Assembly (NCBI GenBank): GCA_001687465.1
Contig: LVLI01000288.1
Span: 1-38,537 of the forward strand
Length of the DNA stretch: 38,537 nucleotides
Source of the DNA: Halocafeteria seosinensis
Lineage: Eukaryota
Direction of reading: 5' to 3'
In this document: piece by piece, positions 21,066-33,650 of the stretch
Layout: each line of letters starts with the position of its first letter
Position numbering within the stretch: position 1 is the first letter of the stretch
Program-made: the position numbers and the translations under genes
The notes under the pieces: generated by a model
The model's input: the letters and a program-made list of their open reading frames with translations, nothing else
Database searches by the model: none
What the model was told of the DNA's origin: nothing

Positions 21066-24000
21066 TTATGTACTGGCACTAATCGTAAGCCACTCATTCC
21101 TGCAGGTCACAGCTCGACGCCTCACGACACGTTTCGGATCTTCCAGCGCACAAAGTAGTGCTTTGGCGACTTGCTGTTTGTAAGGAAACAGAGATTGATA
21201 TGGTAATCTTGTCATATAAATTAGGGTTTCAATGCAGCGGGATCGGACCAAGGGATTTCCTTCCACTCTCCGGTCTGCTAGGCGCAACAGCGGTGGAATC
21301 ACGCTTTGCAAGTGCATTGAGATAAGTCTGCTGTCAGCTTTTTCTATTATGGCAGATAGCACACGCAGAGCAGCTACAGTGACACTCTCCGCCACACGCC
21401 TCTGGGAACTCAATTCTTCTTGTTCCTTAACCTTCAAAGCGTTCTGTAGTGCCACAATAACCAAGGGAATTAGCTCACCATTCGAGCTCCACTCCATCAA
21501 TAACGTTGCTGGGGCATCAGCCATAAGACAGCATATGCCAAGTAACCTCGGGGAAAGTGTATCCTGAGTGTTCTGCAAGAAGTCTTTCGGGAGTCCTTTA
21601 GAGTTCGTGTTCCATAGCCCAAGTTGCTTCGCTATGGAACTCGAACATTTTTGCCTATACAAAGGCTGCAAATCGAACAAGAAGGAATGTTAAACGCTCC
21701 AAGGAGATAATATATATATATTGATAGTCACTCACATTGACATAGCACCCGTTGTCTCTCGTCAGCGGCTCTTCATCTCTGATAATAGTCCCCAGTCCTT
21801 GAGCTGCAGTTGTGCGAGCTTCTTCGTTAAGAGTTACATCCATGATGCACTGACACAAGTGTTCGATAAGGTCCCTGCTCTTCTTATGAGAGACCATCGA
21901 CAAAGCCTTAGTTACCCAAATAAGACCTTTCACCGCTTGAATGGGTCTATTACCTCCGTATGGGTTGAATTGGTTAGTTACCTCAGCTATTCCGTCTTTG
22001 AGGCAACCAAGTCCGTGGACAGGCTTCATTAGCCCTACTTGCCGGTTTAACACGGCTGCAATAGTCCACCCGATGGAATCTGAAATATTATTCACTCTGG
22101 ATAAACTAGGCAGGTCTTCATCGTGACTTCCTTCTCTCAGCTTTGGTACGGACAAAAATATTGACCCAAGTTCTTTTAGAAGCAGCGTAAGATTGTGGAC
22201 TTCCACCAGGCAGTCTGGCGGGGCGTAAGTGAGCAAAACTAGCAGAATTTGCAAAACGGTAAAGCTTTCTAAGCTGTTCCCGTGGATTACTTCGGTCATC
22301 AACCGAACCACATCCTGCGATAGGAGATTCGATGCAGATGATTGTTCTTCATGCGGAGAAGCCATCAAAACGTGAACAACATCGGCGTACAATGCGCTAA
22401 GGAGCTCTCCCTCTAAATTTGACACCGTTAGTTTGAAGAGCTGCTTCACGTTATGAGAAATAAAATCGTTGCACACCCGAACTGGCAGCTGCTTTCTCAA
22501 GGCCAGACCACCTAGGAACCGCAGGAGAATATTCATTAACGATTCACCCTCTTTGCTGTGCTTGTCGGGAGCGACCAGTAGTGGTTCGTTTCTTCCCTTA
22601 ATAACAGTGCTGACAACATGCTTGTCATCTTCGTTGAGACGTAGCAATTCGCATATTGTGAATAAAATAAAACCAGAGCAACGTAAGGAGAGCGGAAGAT
22701 TGGTGATACCATACTCTGCTGAGTCAGTATTAAGCTCCTTATCGCAAACAGACTGAACGACAGACTCTTCTACCTGGGTGGCTCGTAAGATCGCCAAATG
22801 ATCTTGACGTTCAATTGCTAGAGCGGCCAGCTGGTGCAGTACGGGCAACACCAATTGATGACCAACGCAGAGACGGGGAACAGCCCTCAAAGCTCTTATC
22901 GCAGTAGCAAAGACATTCGCTCCTGGTTTCTCCTGATTGCTTTCAACAAAAGGTTTGTTGATCGCTGACGCCAAAGTTGGAACCACCACAGAAGATATGG
23001 CATCACGAATGTGATGCTTTTCAGAGGAGAGTGACGCCAGAGCTTTGGCACATTTCTCACGTACAACATGATCCGGATCATCCAGGACGATATCTGCCAT
23101 TTGTTCTATAAGTTTATACTGTTTCTCGTGGCCAATAAGTGGAGACGGAGGACGAAGCAAGAGATCTCTCAGGCCATGCACAGCTAAGGTGCGCGATTCG
23201 CGGACTGTACCTCCCACGTGAACTCCAACGTTCTGGCTGTTGTTCTTTGAGTCACCATGCAACAGAACTGAAGTTAACGTGTCCGTCACACTCTCTACCC
23301 AAGGCTGGAATGGGTGCTCATTTTCTTTGTAATCGATACCCCTGTCGATGCACGCGACAAACCCGACGATAAGACGAAGAGCGGCAGCGCGGACAGCAGG
23401 TTTAGATCCCGTCGGGGAATGATACAGGTCCGATACCATAGAAAATCCAGCTCGTAAAACACGCGCGAGAGAGTACCCATTTCCCTGGGCGCACGCCAGA
23501 AGGAGTCTAGCAGAGGAACGGCCAACCAAGCTGTCAGCAGCTCGTTCTATTTCCTGCAAAGATGACTTCACACAAGGAAGGACAAACTCGTCCCAGCATT
23601 TTGTAGGACCAGGATCTGTGGCGGGAGGTAGCGAGTAGTAATCCAACTTTGCCTTCTCACTTGTTCTAAGCTCAGCTTGCTCAGCATCCGCACCGATTTC
23701 GTTCGTTATCGAAGACACTGAAATTAGGGCCTCACTAATAACATTCTCATCCGAACCATGCGTTACCTCGTTGCGAATCGCATCGCAGATATCTCGCATA
23801 AACCTGTCACAGGTTTGCAAACCATATCGCTGTACCCCAAGCCGAATTAGGCGTAGTGCATCAATTTTCGCAGCAGGGATTGTCGAGGAGAGTTTTTCCA
23901 ATGCCAAGGGAAACACATAAGTGGCTAAACAGGAATGAGCCGTCAGGGTATCCTCAAGTGCATGGACTAAGTGCTCCTTCTTAATCCCGTGAGGATCATT

Positions 24001-24940
24001 TGGAGGTGGTGTAAACGTCACGGGGAAGTAGCATCCTGTCACGTCAAAAACACTCTCAGCCATTTCGTCAAGATAGGCCCCCCATTTTCGCAGCATGATT
24101 TCAACAATACGCAAGCAAATCAGCAAGCATCGAGGATCTTTTTCCCCTTCCATTGCTTCCACAAAGAGGGCCACGAAATCAATGCAAGACTCATTTAGTT
24201 GGTCCAGAACCTCAGCATTGGAGACCAGGAAATCCAGTATCTCAAAGGCCGGTTGTCTGAGAGCTTGCTCCATTGAAGGTACTGCAGTAGTACGGAAGAT
24301 AAACAAATTCAAAAGATTACAAGTAACACCACCCGCAATTAGATCATCTAATGAGACTCACCATGAAGTTCCTTCAAGATCGCCCTGTAGATAGTAACAG
24401 GAGTCTCCTTCGGCAACTTCATGAAATGATAATGTAGAAGACCCTTGATGATAGTCAAACACATGCGGACGCTGGGAAAGTCCCCTAATCTTGACGCGAC
24501 AAATTCCAAAAACGAAGGAACCTCTTGTTGCTTTAACATAGTTCCGTCCTCCGACGAACGGTACCAAACTAAGTCACTTAAGAGCTCCATGGAGCTTTGT
24601 CTCGTTCGCACGTCTTTGTGTGTCAAGTATTCTCGCATGCGATAAAGCAGAGTAGCGAACGACACCTGCAAGAGGAAAATCGTACATCATCACTATAGCC
24701 TCCAAAAAAGTCATGGAATGAAATGCTTTGAATGCTTACCCTCGTTGGGATGAGTTCCACCACTTTCTCGAAAGCCTGCCTTCGCTCCACTGCAGCTGAG
24801 CTTTCCTCAGATAAAGGAAGGTCCCCATCTTCATTATCATGCACAGACGACTGCTGCAATTGTTGCTCCTTCTTGACAGTCTGATCTGATTGGACAAACG
24901 ACTCGATTGCTTCGTCCAGTTCGCTGTTGGAATTGCTCAT
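21066..24940 (-). CDS. MMS19: MMS19 / MET18 cytosolic Fe-S assembly targeting factor
   Basis: Exons 24940-24740, 24665-24362, 24281-21736, 21665-21066. Motifs MEGEKDPRCLL, FDVTGCYFPVTFTPPPNDPHGI, and C-terminal ALEDPKRVVRRRAVTCRNEW. Confidence 0.96.
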
Positions 24941-25912
24941 TCTAGAGACTACACCTGTGACAAGTCGTCTATATTTTGCTCCTGCACCTGCCCACCTCAA
25001 TAGAAGGAAACTGACATGACCTAGAATTTTACCAACACCGTGTGTACGAGCAGTTCCAGATCGAAGAGTCTGTCTACGCGTGCATTGAACACTGACTTCA
25101 CAGAATCACGATGGGTGATTTCCCTTAAGTACCTACTGAGCGGCCTTAACAACGATGTTCAGGAGAAAGGTGGGAACTGAAGGAACAGTGTATATTTTAT
25201 TAAAGGGAGACAGGATACAATGTAGAGCCTGCCAAGTGATGGATGATTTTCATAGAGGAAATGGCGCTCGGCTACGCAGTATGAGTTTCTCGGCGAGACA
25301 ATGCACAGAGCGAGATTTACTCGACGTTTGCTAGTTGCCTCATTTAACAACAATAAGATTACCTTTTACATCTACCAGCGAAGGCAACACCATCTTGTTG
25401 CACCACGCTTCCTTGACTTCAACCAGGGCTGCTGCCAGCTGGACGTCCGCGCGACGCCTAAACAAGTGGCCCTCGCTCAATCAATGACAAGATGGAGAGT
25501 AATGCTAGTTATTCATCAGTCCCAGGGTTTGGCACTGGAGTACCTACAAGGCTTCGATCCACGAGCCGGATCGTCTCAGCCCGGGTTTTTCATCCGGGCC
25601 GTCCGCCCGGCTCCATGGCGGCATTTAATACCCGTAGTCTGCGGTCTTTTCCATTTCGTGCAGTGAATTTACAACCAACTTGGTTTGTGGACTTTTATGG
25701 GGTGAATGAATCGCAAAGTGCTGGAATTACTGGATGAAATGGAGTTTGACCAGAGAACGGCTGGTTCCTTCAATGCTGTGGAGCTCTGAGGAAGGGTGGG
25801 GACCACGAAACGTGCAGCGTATGGCGTAGAGGGCCTTGAAGTGGTGTTTACAAGGAGGTCAGAAAGGTAATTATACAGCATTGCACCCTCGGGTGCTCGC
25901 ATCAAAGGAACC

Positions 25913-28663
25913 ATGGCGGCCAAGTTAAAGGATGGGCTCTTTCTAGGTAAGTGTTCGGGTTAAGACGTTGACCGGAGATGCGCGCAAATGTCGAATTTCA
26001 TCGGGCTCCTCTGTATGGCCTTTATCCTGCATGTACAGGTGACTATGAGTCAGCACAGGACCTGGAATTCATCATAGCCAACAAAATTACCCACATCATT
26101 AATTGCGTTGGTCGCGAGGTTCCGAATTCCTGGGAGAGAACAGGAGTGAAATACCTTACGTTTTCATGGCCTGAATCCGGGAACTGTGTTATTTTTGATG
26201 AGAATAACGCCGTGTTAGATGATATATATGCTTTTGTCGAAGAAGCCCATGAGCATGCAGAGAGTATATTGATTCACTCTATTGACGGTGCATCGAGGGC
26301 GGCGTTTTGCGCTGCAGTGTATTTCATGTTGAAATACAGGTGGTAAGCAAACATTATGTTGAGGAAGGCGAGTCGATTCACTGAACACGTTCCGTTGTTG
26401 CCATGGTTTCTCGCAGGACATTGAACAAAACCTTAGGGTACTTGCAAAGCAAGCGACCGGATCTCTGTCCTAAGCCTGGGTTTATGCGCCAACTTAGAGC
26501 GTTAGATGCAAGCCTACAGCGGGTGGCTCGCGGCTCCAAGAAGTCAGCGACAGAAACACGCAGATACTTCGATTGGGACCCAGAGATATTGTGTAAGTAG
26601 AATTTTGTTGCCAAGACTATGTTTGTTGTAGTATTATGCATCTTGGTCCATTTACTGCAACCGCAGCTGCTGACCAAGCCCGCCAGAACGGTGCTCGCCC
26701 TGGAGACTACGACCATGATGAATTGCTTCTCGCAAATACTTACCTGAACAGTCAGGCACAAGTTGACCCTAAGCAGCTACGTAGTATGACAGCAAATGGA
26801 AGAATGAGACGCGACCGAGCCAGGAGCACATCCAGGAGACGCGTGCAATGGATTGATGATCCGTCCCGAAAGAATACATCTCATAACGATGTTCCTCGAA
26901 GCCCACGCACGCATCGACCTACAACAGTAAGACCGCCTACTCCGTCTTACAACGCAATCAAACCTGCCGAAGGGTGGTCGACGGAGAATGGTCAACACAA
27001 GCGCTTAAGCATTACTTCTCAAAACTCCGAGGGCTCTCACGGTAGCACTCCTGCTCGGCCGCAGTCAGCTTATGCGGCTCTCACATCTATTTTGAAGAAC
27101 TCAGCCAAGTGGAAAGAAGCCAAAACAACGGAAAAGCATGCTGTCGCATTTGCTTCTTCCACTTCTAAGCCTGAGGAGGCTTCGATGGTGAGCCAAGTTA
27201 GTATTTCCACTGACCAAAGTGCAGCTGTTGACAAAGAACAGCGTGGTCATGATGGCCACGGCACCGAGGGTTTTGGTAAGAGTCCGCGTTCAGGGACCGA
27301 GGGTACTAGTGGGCACAAAGCCAATAAGTATCACATTCCTCCCACGCCGCCAATTCAGTCCGAGGAAGAGGGACTGGGTGATGAAGGCTTTAGGAGCGAA
27401 AAATCTCATCAAAATTTAGAACCGATTCTCCAGGTGTCTCATCACCAATCACTGAACGGAAAGGAGGGTAATGGCGGATTTTTGGATAGGAATGACGGAA
27501 ACTGGAGGAGCAATTCGAATTTTCGGGGAGAATTGACGTTTCCTGGGACCGACAGACACAGCAAAAAGCTTAATAGACCTCACTCAAGCAGTGCTAATAT
27601 AGGAGGGGGCCGCCCTCCAAAGGCCCTACCGCAACAGCAGACGACATCAAGTGGGGAAGCACCAATATTGCAAGCGGAGGGGATATCGAAAAGCAGTTCG
27701 AGTGAAAGTAGTAGCGGCTTGTTTAGAAGTACAGGTAGTAATTCTGGAGATAATGTATTATTGCCGCAATACCCTCAAGGTGCTACAGCTCAGAGGTTTG
27801 TAGGAGGGGAAGCAGCTGCAGCGCTGACAAACCACCGCCAAGTTCATCATGCTCACCGTTCACACCCGAGCAACAAAGGATCAGGTGGTACCCACAACGG
27901 CCACCAATCTAGACCGTCAACATCTGATAACGAGGGGAGAAGTAGGAGTCGTCACAGTAACCCTCATTCGCACAAGCGTTATGCTACACCTCCGCCTCGC
28001 CAATGGTCGAAGCAGGAACGTCAATCGGGAAATCATGGAGGAGGATTTGGTTCTCGTCCCTCTTCCGCTTCTGTAGTATCTCATGCGAAATCACAGGGCC
28101 CATACCAAAGCCAGTTATATTTATCGTCTGGTGGACAAGCTGACACTTCGGGCGCAAAGCAAGACCCTCATTTCAGTGACTTTTGGCCTCTAGTCGGTAA
28201 GCAGAATGCCGCGCCTAGTAATCGCAATACCAGTAAGGTGAGGACTGGTGGAAAGCTTCAGCAACAACACCCTATCCGTGTGGTACCCATGCCTCAATCG
28301 GGAAATCATGGACCTTCAGATGCTGCCGCGCCTGGCGCCAATTCTCAGAATCAAACAGGAAAGCAGAGTCCCACAACGTGGAGGCCCCAATCTGCAACAG
28401 CCAAAATCAGTGCAGGACTGGCAAACCTAAGTGCTCAGGCAAGGGCTACCAATGGGTACATGAATTCAAATCCCCAAGAGGGTAGCTCGCTTTCAAAAGG
28501 GAATGCACATACGTCTAGCTCGAAACATATACGTCGTCGGGGTTCCCCATCGTCAAATCGGAGGAGTAAGAGTACGTCGCGGCTTAATACCCCTTCTTCG
28601 TCTTCCAAGAGGCCGAGCAAGGGTAGTAGTAACCGGTCTAAACTGAAGATCACAACACCGTAG
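25913..28663 (+). CDS. Dual-specificity phosphatase-domain protein, catalytic Cys replaced by Ser, with long disordered C-terminus
   Basis: Exons 25913-25946, 26039-26342, 26417-26592, 26667-28663. KLKDGLFLGD, ITHIINC, ILIHSIDGASRA (canonical HCxxGxSR), YFMLKYRW, RPDLCPKPGFMRQL. Confidence 0.9.
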
Positions 28664-28687
28664 AACGAGTGATCGAATAAGACAAGG

Positions 28688-29559
28688 CTATTGAATTCCA
28701 GGTATTCCAACGGGAGTCCTTTTCTTATACGACGTGTATTCGTCTCCGAACATATTCTCCAACTGTTCCTCTTCTACTGCAATGCGAGTCTTGAAGAACT
28801 TAAACGCAGCGTAAGCAAACACTAGAAGCGATATAGGAGTTCGGAGAAGCACGCAGATTCCCAGAGACCATAGATACCACCCAAAGTAGCCGGGATGTCG
28901 CAAATACTGGTAGATTCCATGAGTGATTAAGCGATGCCCTTCACGCTTTTCGGCCTTTACTAAGTGAGTAAAAGCATAGCCGGCGGTGCAACGGGCTGCA
29001 ATCCGGAGTGTCTGCCCTACTATCATTCCAGCCATCCCCAGCCAAAATACGATACCCCACACCGAAAAAGTAATGCTCTTCATAGCAGGGAACGCGATAG
29101 CTTCCACCCAATATTCAGCCCAGCAGAAGAGCTGTGCTAGCTGATAGCTAGCGTTGTCATTGAGGATGAATGCTGCAAAACACCAATTACGGTTCCCCCA
29201 AGAAGTAGTCGTTTAGGATGTGTCCACGTACCCGATGAAGACAGGTCCTGGGGATTATACTGGGCAACCAAAAAGTATTCACTGAGATGAAACACGCAAA
29301 GCGACACCACATACAAGCTCCAATCGACCTGTAGCGTAGGCAAAGCATACACAGCTTTCTTCTAATGTCCTCCGGAACGCCAAGCAACACTTACTGGCAA
29401 TAGTGCATCGTACCCCAGCACGACATGCAGCAGTTCCGTCAAATGAAGCGTCAAGACGATTCCCAAGCATAATGAAAGCACAGCAGCTCGAGCAGGACCA
29501 GTCAAAGAGCTGAAGGGCTGTGATAGGCCACTGAAACAGTCTCGTTCAGGCGGGATCAT
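28688..29559 (-). CDS. ICMT: Isoprenylcysteine carboxyl methyltransferase (STE14)
   Basis: Exons 29559-29395, 29328-29232, 29172-28688. FHLSEY..VAQYNP, AFTHLV, HRLITHGIYQYLRHPGYFGWYLW, RIAVEEEQL..FGDEY..YKKRTPVGIP. Confidence 0.95.
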
Positions 29560-30006
29560 TATATTTCCTCCAGATCAAACCACTTCAGATCCCAAGTATC
29601 GGCGAGATTCCTTGCACCGAATAGAACTTGCAGTAACGATAACGGTTTACCACAATCCTTTAAACCTGCGGTAATACGCAGCGGTATTTATGACTCATAA
29701 TGTACGACGTCGTGTGCATACACTACTCTGTTTTTACGGTGTACACCTTGGTACTTCACAACGGTTTGACTAGACGAAGGTTTGCAAGTTTGAAATCCTA
29801 ACATAGTTCGACCCTCAACTTTGGAGCCCTCTCGCTCAGAGCACCGAAGAGTGCTGAGGCATCAATACGAGGGTAATTTTCGTGTACGGAGGGTCTATAG
29901 TTACTGACCCAACTGGAATCCACAGAAGAAATGTGGCATTTAAAATACAACCACGGGAAGCTTCGAGCTACTCTACTACTACGTCCTACGATTATAGTAA
30001 CACTCT

Positions 30007-30959
30007 CTATGGAAGTTCCGTCAGTTCATGTTTCTTATAAAAGGCCCATAAGCTGTCTCTGACCTTTTGAAGGGAAGACGTGGCCGCATGCAATTTATTC
30101 ATTATCTCAGGGTCGTCAACACCACCGGCAAGGTGCTTCATGAAGTCCTCTCGATATGGAAGTGCATAAAATGCCGCCTGTAATTTAATTCACCTTTTAA
30201 TATTAGCTCACTACTTGGAAAGCATCGTAAGGACGGCAACTCACGCTAATCGTCTTCCGCAGCATCCACGGATGATGAGGTGCTAATCCAAACTCGTAAG
30301 CTTCGCTGGCGCATGTTCTTAGTTTTTTGTCATGATGATCATACAGCTCAGTGAGTAGTTTCCACGTAAAGTCCAAGAACCTGCACATCGAGAACGGTCC
30401 CTAAACATCGACATGCTCTCAAACCATGCTCGGCCACATACCACATCATGCGAAGCAACGTTCGAGAGCCAGAATGAAACGAACTCTTCTCAATATCGTG
30501 GACTTTTCTCCGCATCTGCATTGGTTGCAGAAAGAATAACTCCTTTGATACGCGTCGGCTACGTAAAAGGTAATTAAGCGGGAAAATGCCTACCTCGTCC
30601 TTCACCATGTATTGCAATGTTAAGCGGATTTCATCTTCACTTTCGTTCTCAGGTGGGGATCCTTCGCCGTCTTTGATAGGCGCTTTTGTTGTACCGCTAG
30701 TTGAAGACTTGGACCGTTCTTCCAACTCACCCTTTCGAACTATCAAAATCTCGGACTTCTCCTCAATATCGTCTCGCGCCATTTTGAGTGCTGAACCCAA
30801 TGCTCTGATCATTTTAACCACCTCATGGGACATTTTGACAAAGCGGTCTATCGGAATGTCCGCCGTGTGCTTTTCTAGCTCTTGTAAATGCTCCACCAGC
30901 TTATCTGCCCGGAAGTAGGAGACCTCATCATCGGTAGGCACATTGCTTTCGGCCGACAT
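30007..30959 (-). CDS. Glycolipid transfer protein family (CPTP/ACD11-like)
   Basis: Exons 30959-30594, 30515-30442, 30380-30245, 30177-30007. DIEEK, SGSRTLLRMMWFLDF, AYEFGLAPHHPW, ALPYREDF, C-terminal LTELP. Confidence 0.9.
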
Positions 30960-31405
30960 TGTTGTCTACACAGGATGAACGAGAGATTCTGACACCTAAC
31001 GCCTAAAACAGTGTTACAATCGCACTTTTAACACAGAGAACCGACCTAACCCAGGATCAACTTGGAGACTCAATAAAGTGGAACCTAGAGATCGAGATAT
31101 ACCCTACGGAACATGATGAAATCGACCAATTCGAGTATAATAAAGCCATTCCTCCAGTCGCGAGAACCCCGTTGGCTGTGAATCTGCAACTTCAACCTAT
31201 GCTTGTAGTGGTGATAGATGAATGCTATTTATTCGGACCGTCCCCGAGTTGTTAAGATAGTCCAATATTTGATGCCTTTATTTGTATCCGCAGCCCTGAC
31301 GACCTTGAGGATCCATGCATGTGAAACTTGGCCGGAAGAATGGAGGAGCGTCTGACTTGATTCAAGTGGATGTACTTGGGACAAGTGCTTAGAGTGAATA
31401 GAAGA

Positions 31406-32437
31406 ATGGGGAATTTACTTACACAGCTCTTTGGAACGAAGAAACACAGCCAGAATGATAAATCTGGTTCGTCGAAATCCACAAGGGCAACTCCTGAGGG
31501 GAGAGACAGTAAGTTCCGCAGACTGATTAACTTCTGGGGCAGTTAGCTCGTGTACAGTCGACTTATTGTTTCACCAGAAGCTGAGTTTGAGCTTAAGAAA
31601 GCAAGAGACAGAATTGACAAGTATATCAAGAGAGTACGTTTGTACATGTTTGGTGAATATCGCTCGCTATGCGAAATAGGTAGGTACCTTGGTGCCACAG
31701 GCCGAACGAGAGGTAGACCAGTTACTGGAGAAAGCAAAACAAATGAAGAAGCAAGGAAGAGATGTACGAACAAATTAGGTTCAGCGTTACTATGTGCTAT
31801 TCTTAATTAATGTCGTCCTCTCTGCTCACTCCTGCAGAAAGACGTCATGAGACTTCTGAAGCTTAAGAAGTATGTTGCTTGAGCACAGCTCGAAGTAACT
31901 GCGACGTCAGTACTGTACATTATTCGGTATTATTGCAGATTGAAACAAAAGGCTATAGATGACGCGCATCAGAATTATTTAAAAATACAGCATGTGCAAG
32001 TACAGATAGAGAAAGCAGAAAATACCCGGGAGATGTATCAGGGCCTGGAACAGGGCACTGCAGCGTTGGAATACCTGAATGAACAGATGCCAATTGACAA
32101 GATAGAGGCAATTATGGAAAAGACAGATGAAGCCCTCGAAGATCGTCAAGCGATTGATGATTTTCTGAATAATGCCGAGTTAGTTGGAGAACAGGACTTT
32201 TATCAAGGAGTGGAAGACGAAATGGATAGAATGATGAAGGAAGATCCTGACTTGCAACAAAGCGAGGCGATAGATGAGGCGACTCAGAAAGCACGAACCA
32301 CTGAGGAAAACCGCTCAACAGAGATCAAAGGCACAAGCAAGAGAGAAGCTGCGTCGCTACCAATGGCACCTAATCATGAACCTCGTGCTGCACATCCGGA
32401 GGAAAAGAAAGCAACCAAGGAGGCAGTAGCGAGTTAA
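31406..32437 (+). CDS. VPS20: ESCRT-III subunit VPS20 / CHMP6 (Snf7 family)
   Basis: Exons 31406-31508, 31578-31633, 31701-31763, 31838-31869, 31939-32437. MG N-terminus (myristoylation-type), DKAEFELKKARDRI, LLKLKK, GLEQGTAAL..LNEQMPIDKIEAIMEKTDEA, LPMAP tail. Confidence 0.88.
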
Positions 32438-32490
32438 CGTGGTTCAGGAAACATATACTTCAGGACTGGTTGAAGGAAGTAGTGTATAGA

Positions 32491-33176
32491 CTATTCTTCG
32501 GAATCCTCTTCCTCCCCCATTTCCTCGTCCTCTTCTTCCTGTTCAGCGGAGGATTGAGCTTGAGCCTGCTTGTAAGCCTCCAAACGCTCGCACCGGCGTC
32601 TTAACTTGTTTTCTGTCCATTGCCACTTGTTTAATTTTAAATCCCGCGACATCTTAGTATAGTCTTTGTCGTGCTTTGCGATGAGTGGCTCTAAGTATTT
32701 CTGTTCCTCCTCGGGGACGTAGTTTTCGACGCGATTCTTCTTGGTTTCTACTGGTAGGCCTCCAGTTTTTCGTATTTCCTCGACATCTGCAACGTAATAA
32801 TATGACAGTAAGCGGGGTCCCCATACCTCGTAGACATTCACTCACTATATAGCATTCCCGAGTCATCTTCTTTCTCGTAGCCCTTTATACTTTCCATTAG
32901 CTTCTTGTGCTCGTTCGGGTTTACCTCAAGTCCCAACTTTTCGTAATTCTGTGAGTAAATACACGCAAAGACTATAACGCCTACCATATAGGGCATACGA
33001 CACGAATGAGTACTGCATACCTGTCTTAGTGTTTTCTTGGTATCCCAGTTCTGTTTTACAACCTCGTTTGTGAAGACCTTCTTGATTTTGTCGGGGTGCT
33101 TTGTCTTGCGTGCTCGTCGCGCGGATCGCACAGACTTGTTTCGCTTGCCCTTGATATTCTTTCGTCCGCGGGCCAT
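32491..33176 (-). CDS. NOP16: Nucleolar protein 16
   Basis: Exons 33176-33021, 32948-32846, 32786-32491. NWDTKKTLRQNYEKLGL and LIAKHDKDYTKMSRDLKLNKWQWT motifs; basic N-terminus. Confidence 0.92.
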
Positions 33177-33650
33177 TGTCAGTCGCCTGTAACTATGCTA
33201 TAGACTATCCACTCTAGTACTGTGGGTCACTTCAATGTGTGTCCGAACTTCAAGTTCACGCCTTTATTAAGTTTACTTTGGCTCTAAGGATGAAGTGGAA
33301 CATGTTCAAGGATAACAGGAGTGGATTAAGTTGCATCAAAATGCCTTTATCGTTCCAACCAGCCTATGCGGGCTGCAAAATGAGAGGGGAGTCCCTACTA
33401 TCTCCATAGTGCAAGATTTGTTTGACAGGTTGTGCAACTTCAACAACCTCATCGAAACGCGCGCGCGCGACCGCCTCGATCCCTTCATAGTAGAGCCTAT
33501 ATTTAGAGGCTGAGTCAGGATGAATGGCGTTGTTGCAATCTGCAGTAATATTGCGCAACAGGAGAATAGTGTGTGGTATTTCAATCATTTATCCATTAGT
33601 AGCTATAGCTCCTGCCAGAGTGGTGGGAAGAGACTTAACGGCAGAGACCG

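Noticed and set aside
25520..25620. TPP riboswitch (minus strand GAGCCGG...CTGAGA..AT.CGGCT) or SECIS element
   Set aside because: The P4/P5 half (TGATC.GG.TAAT.CC.GCG) is missing and the neighbouring genes are not thiamine-related. The helix geometry is too short for SECIS and there is no upstream selenoprotein.
2503..33176. Functional cluster of ribosome-related genes (RIOK3, RPL17, NOP16) near rDNA, or of mitotic genes (PDS5, kinesin-7)
   Set aside because: They are interspersed with unrelated genes and the categories are large, so there is no evidence beyond chance without synteny data.
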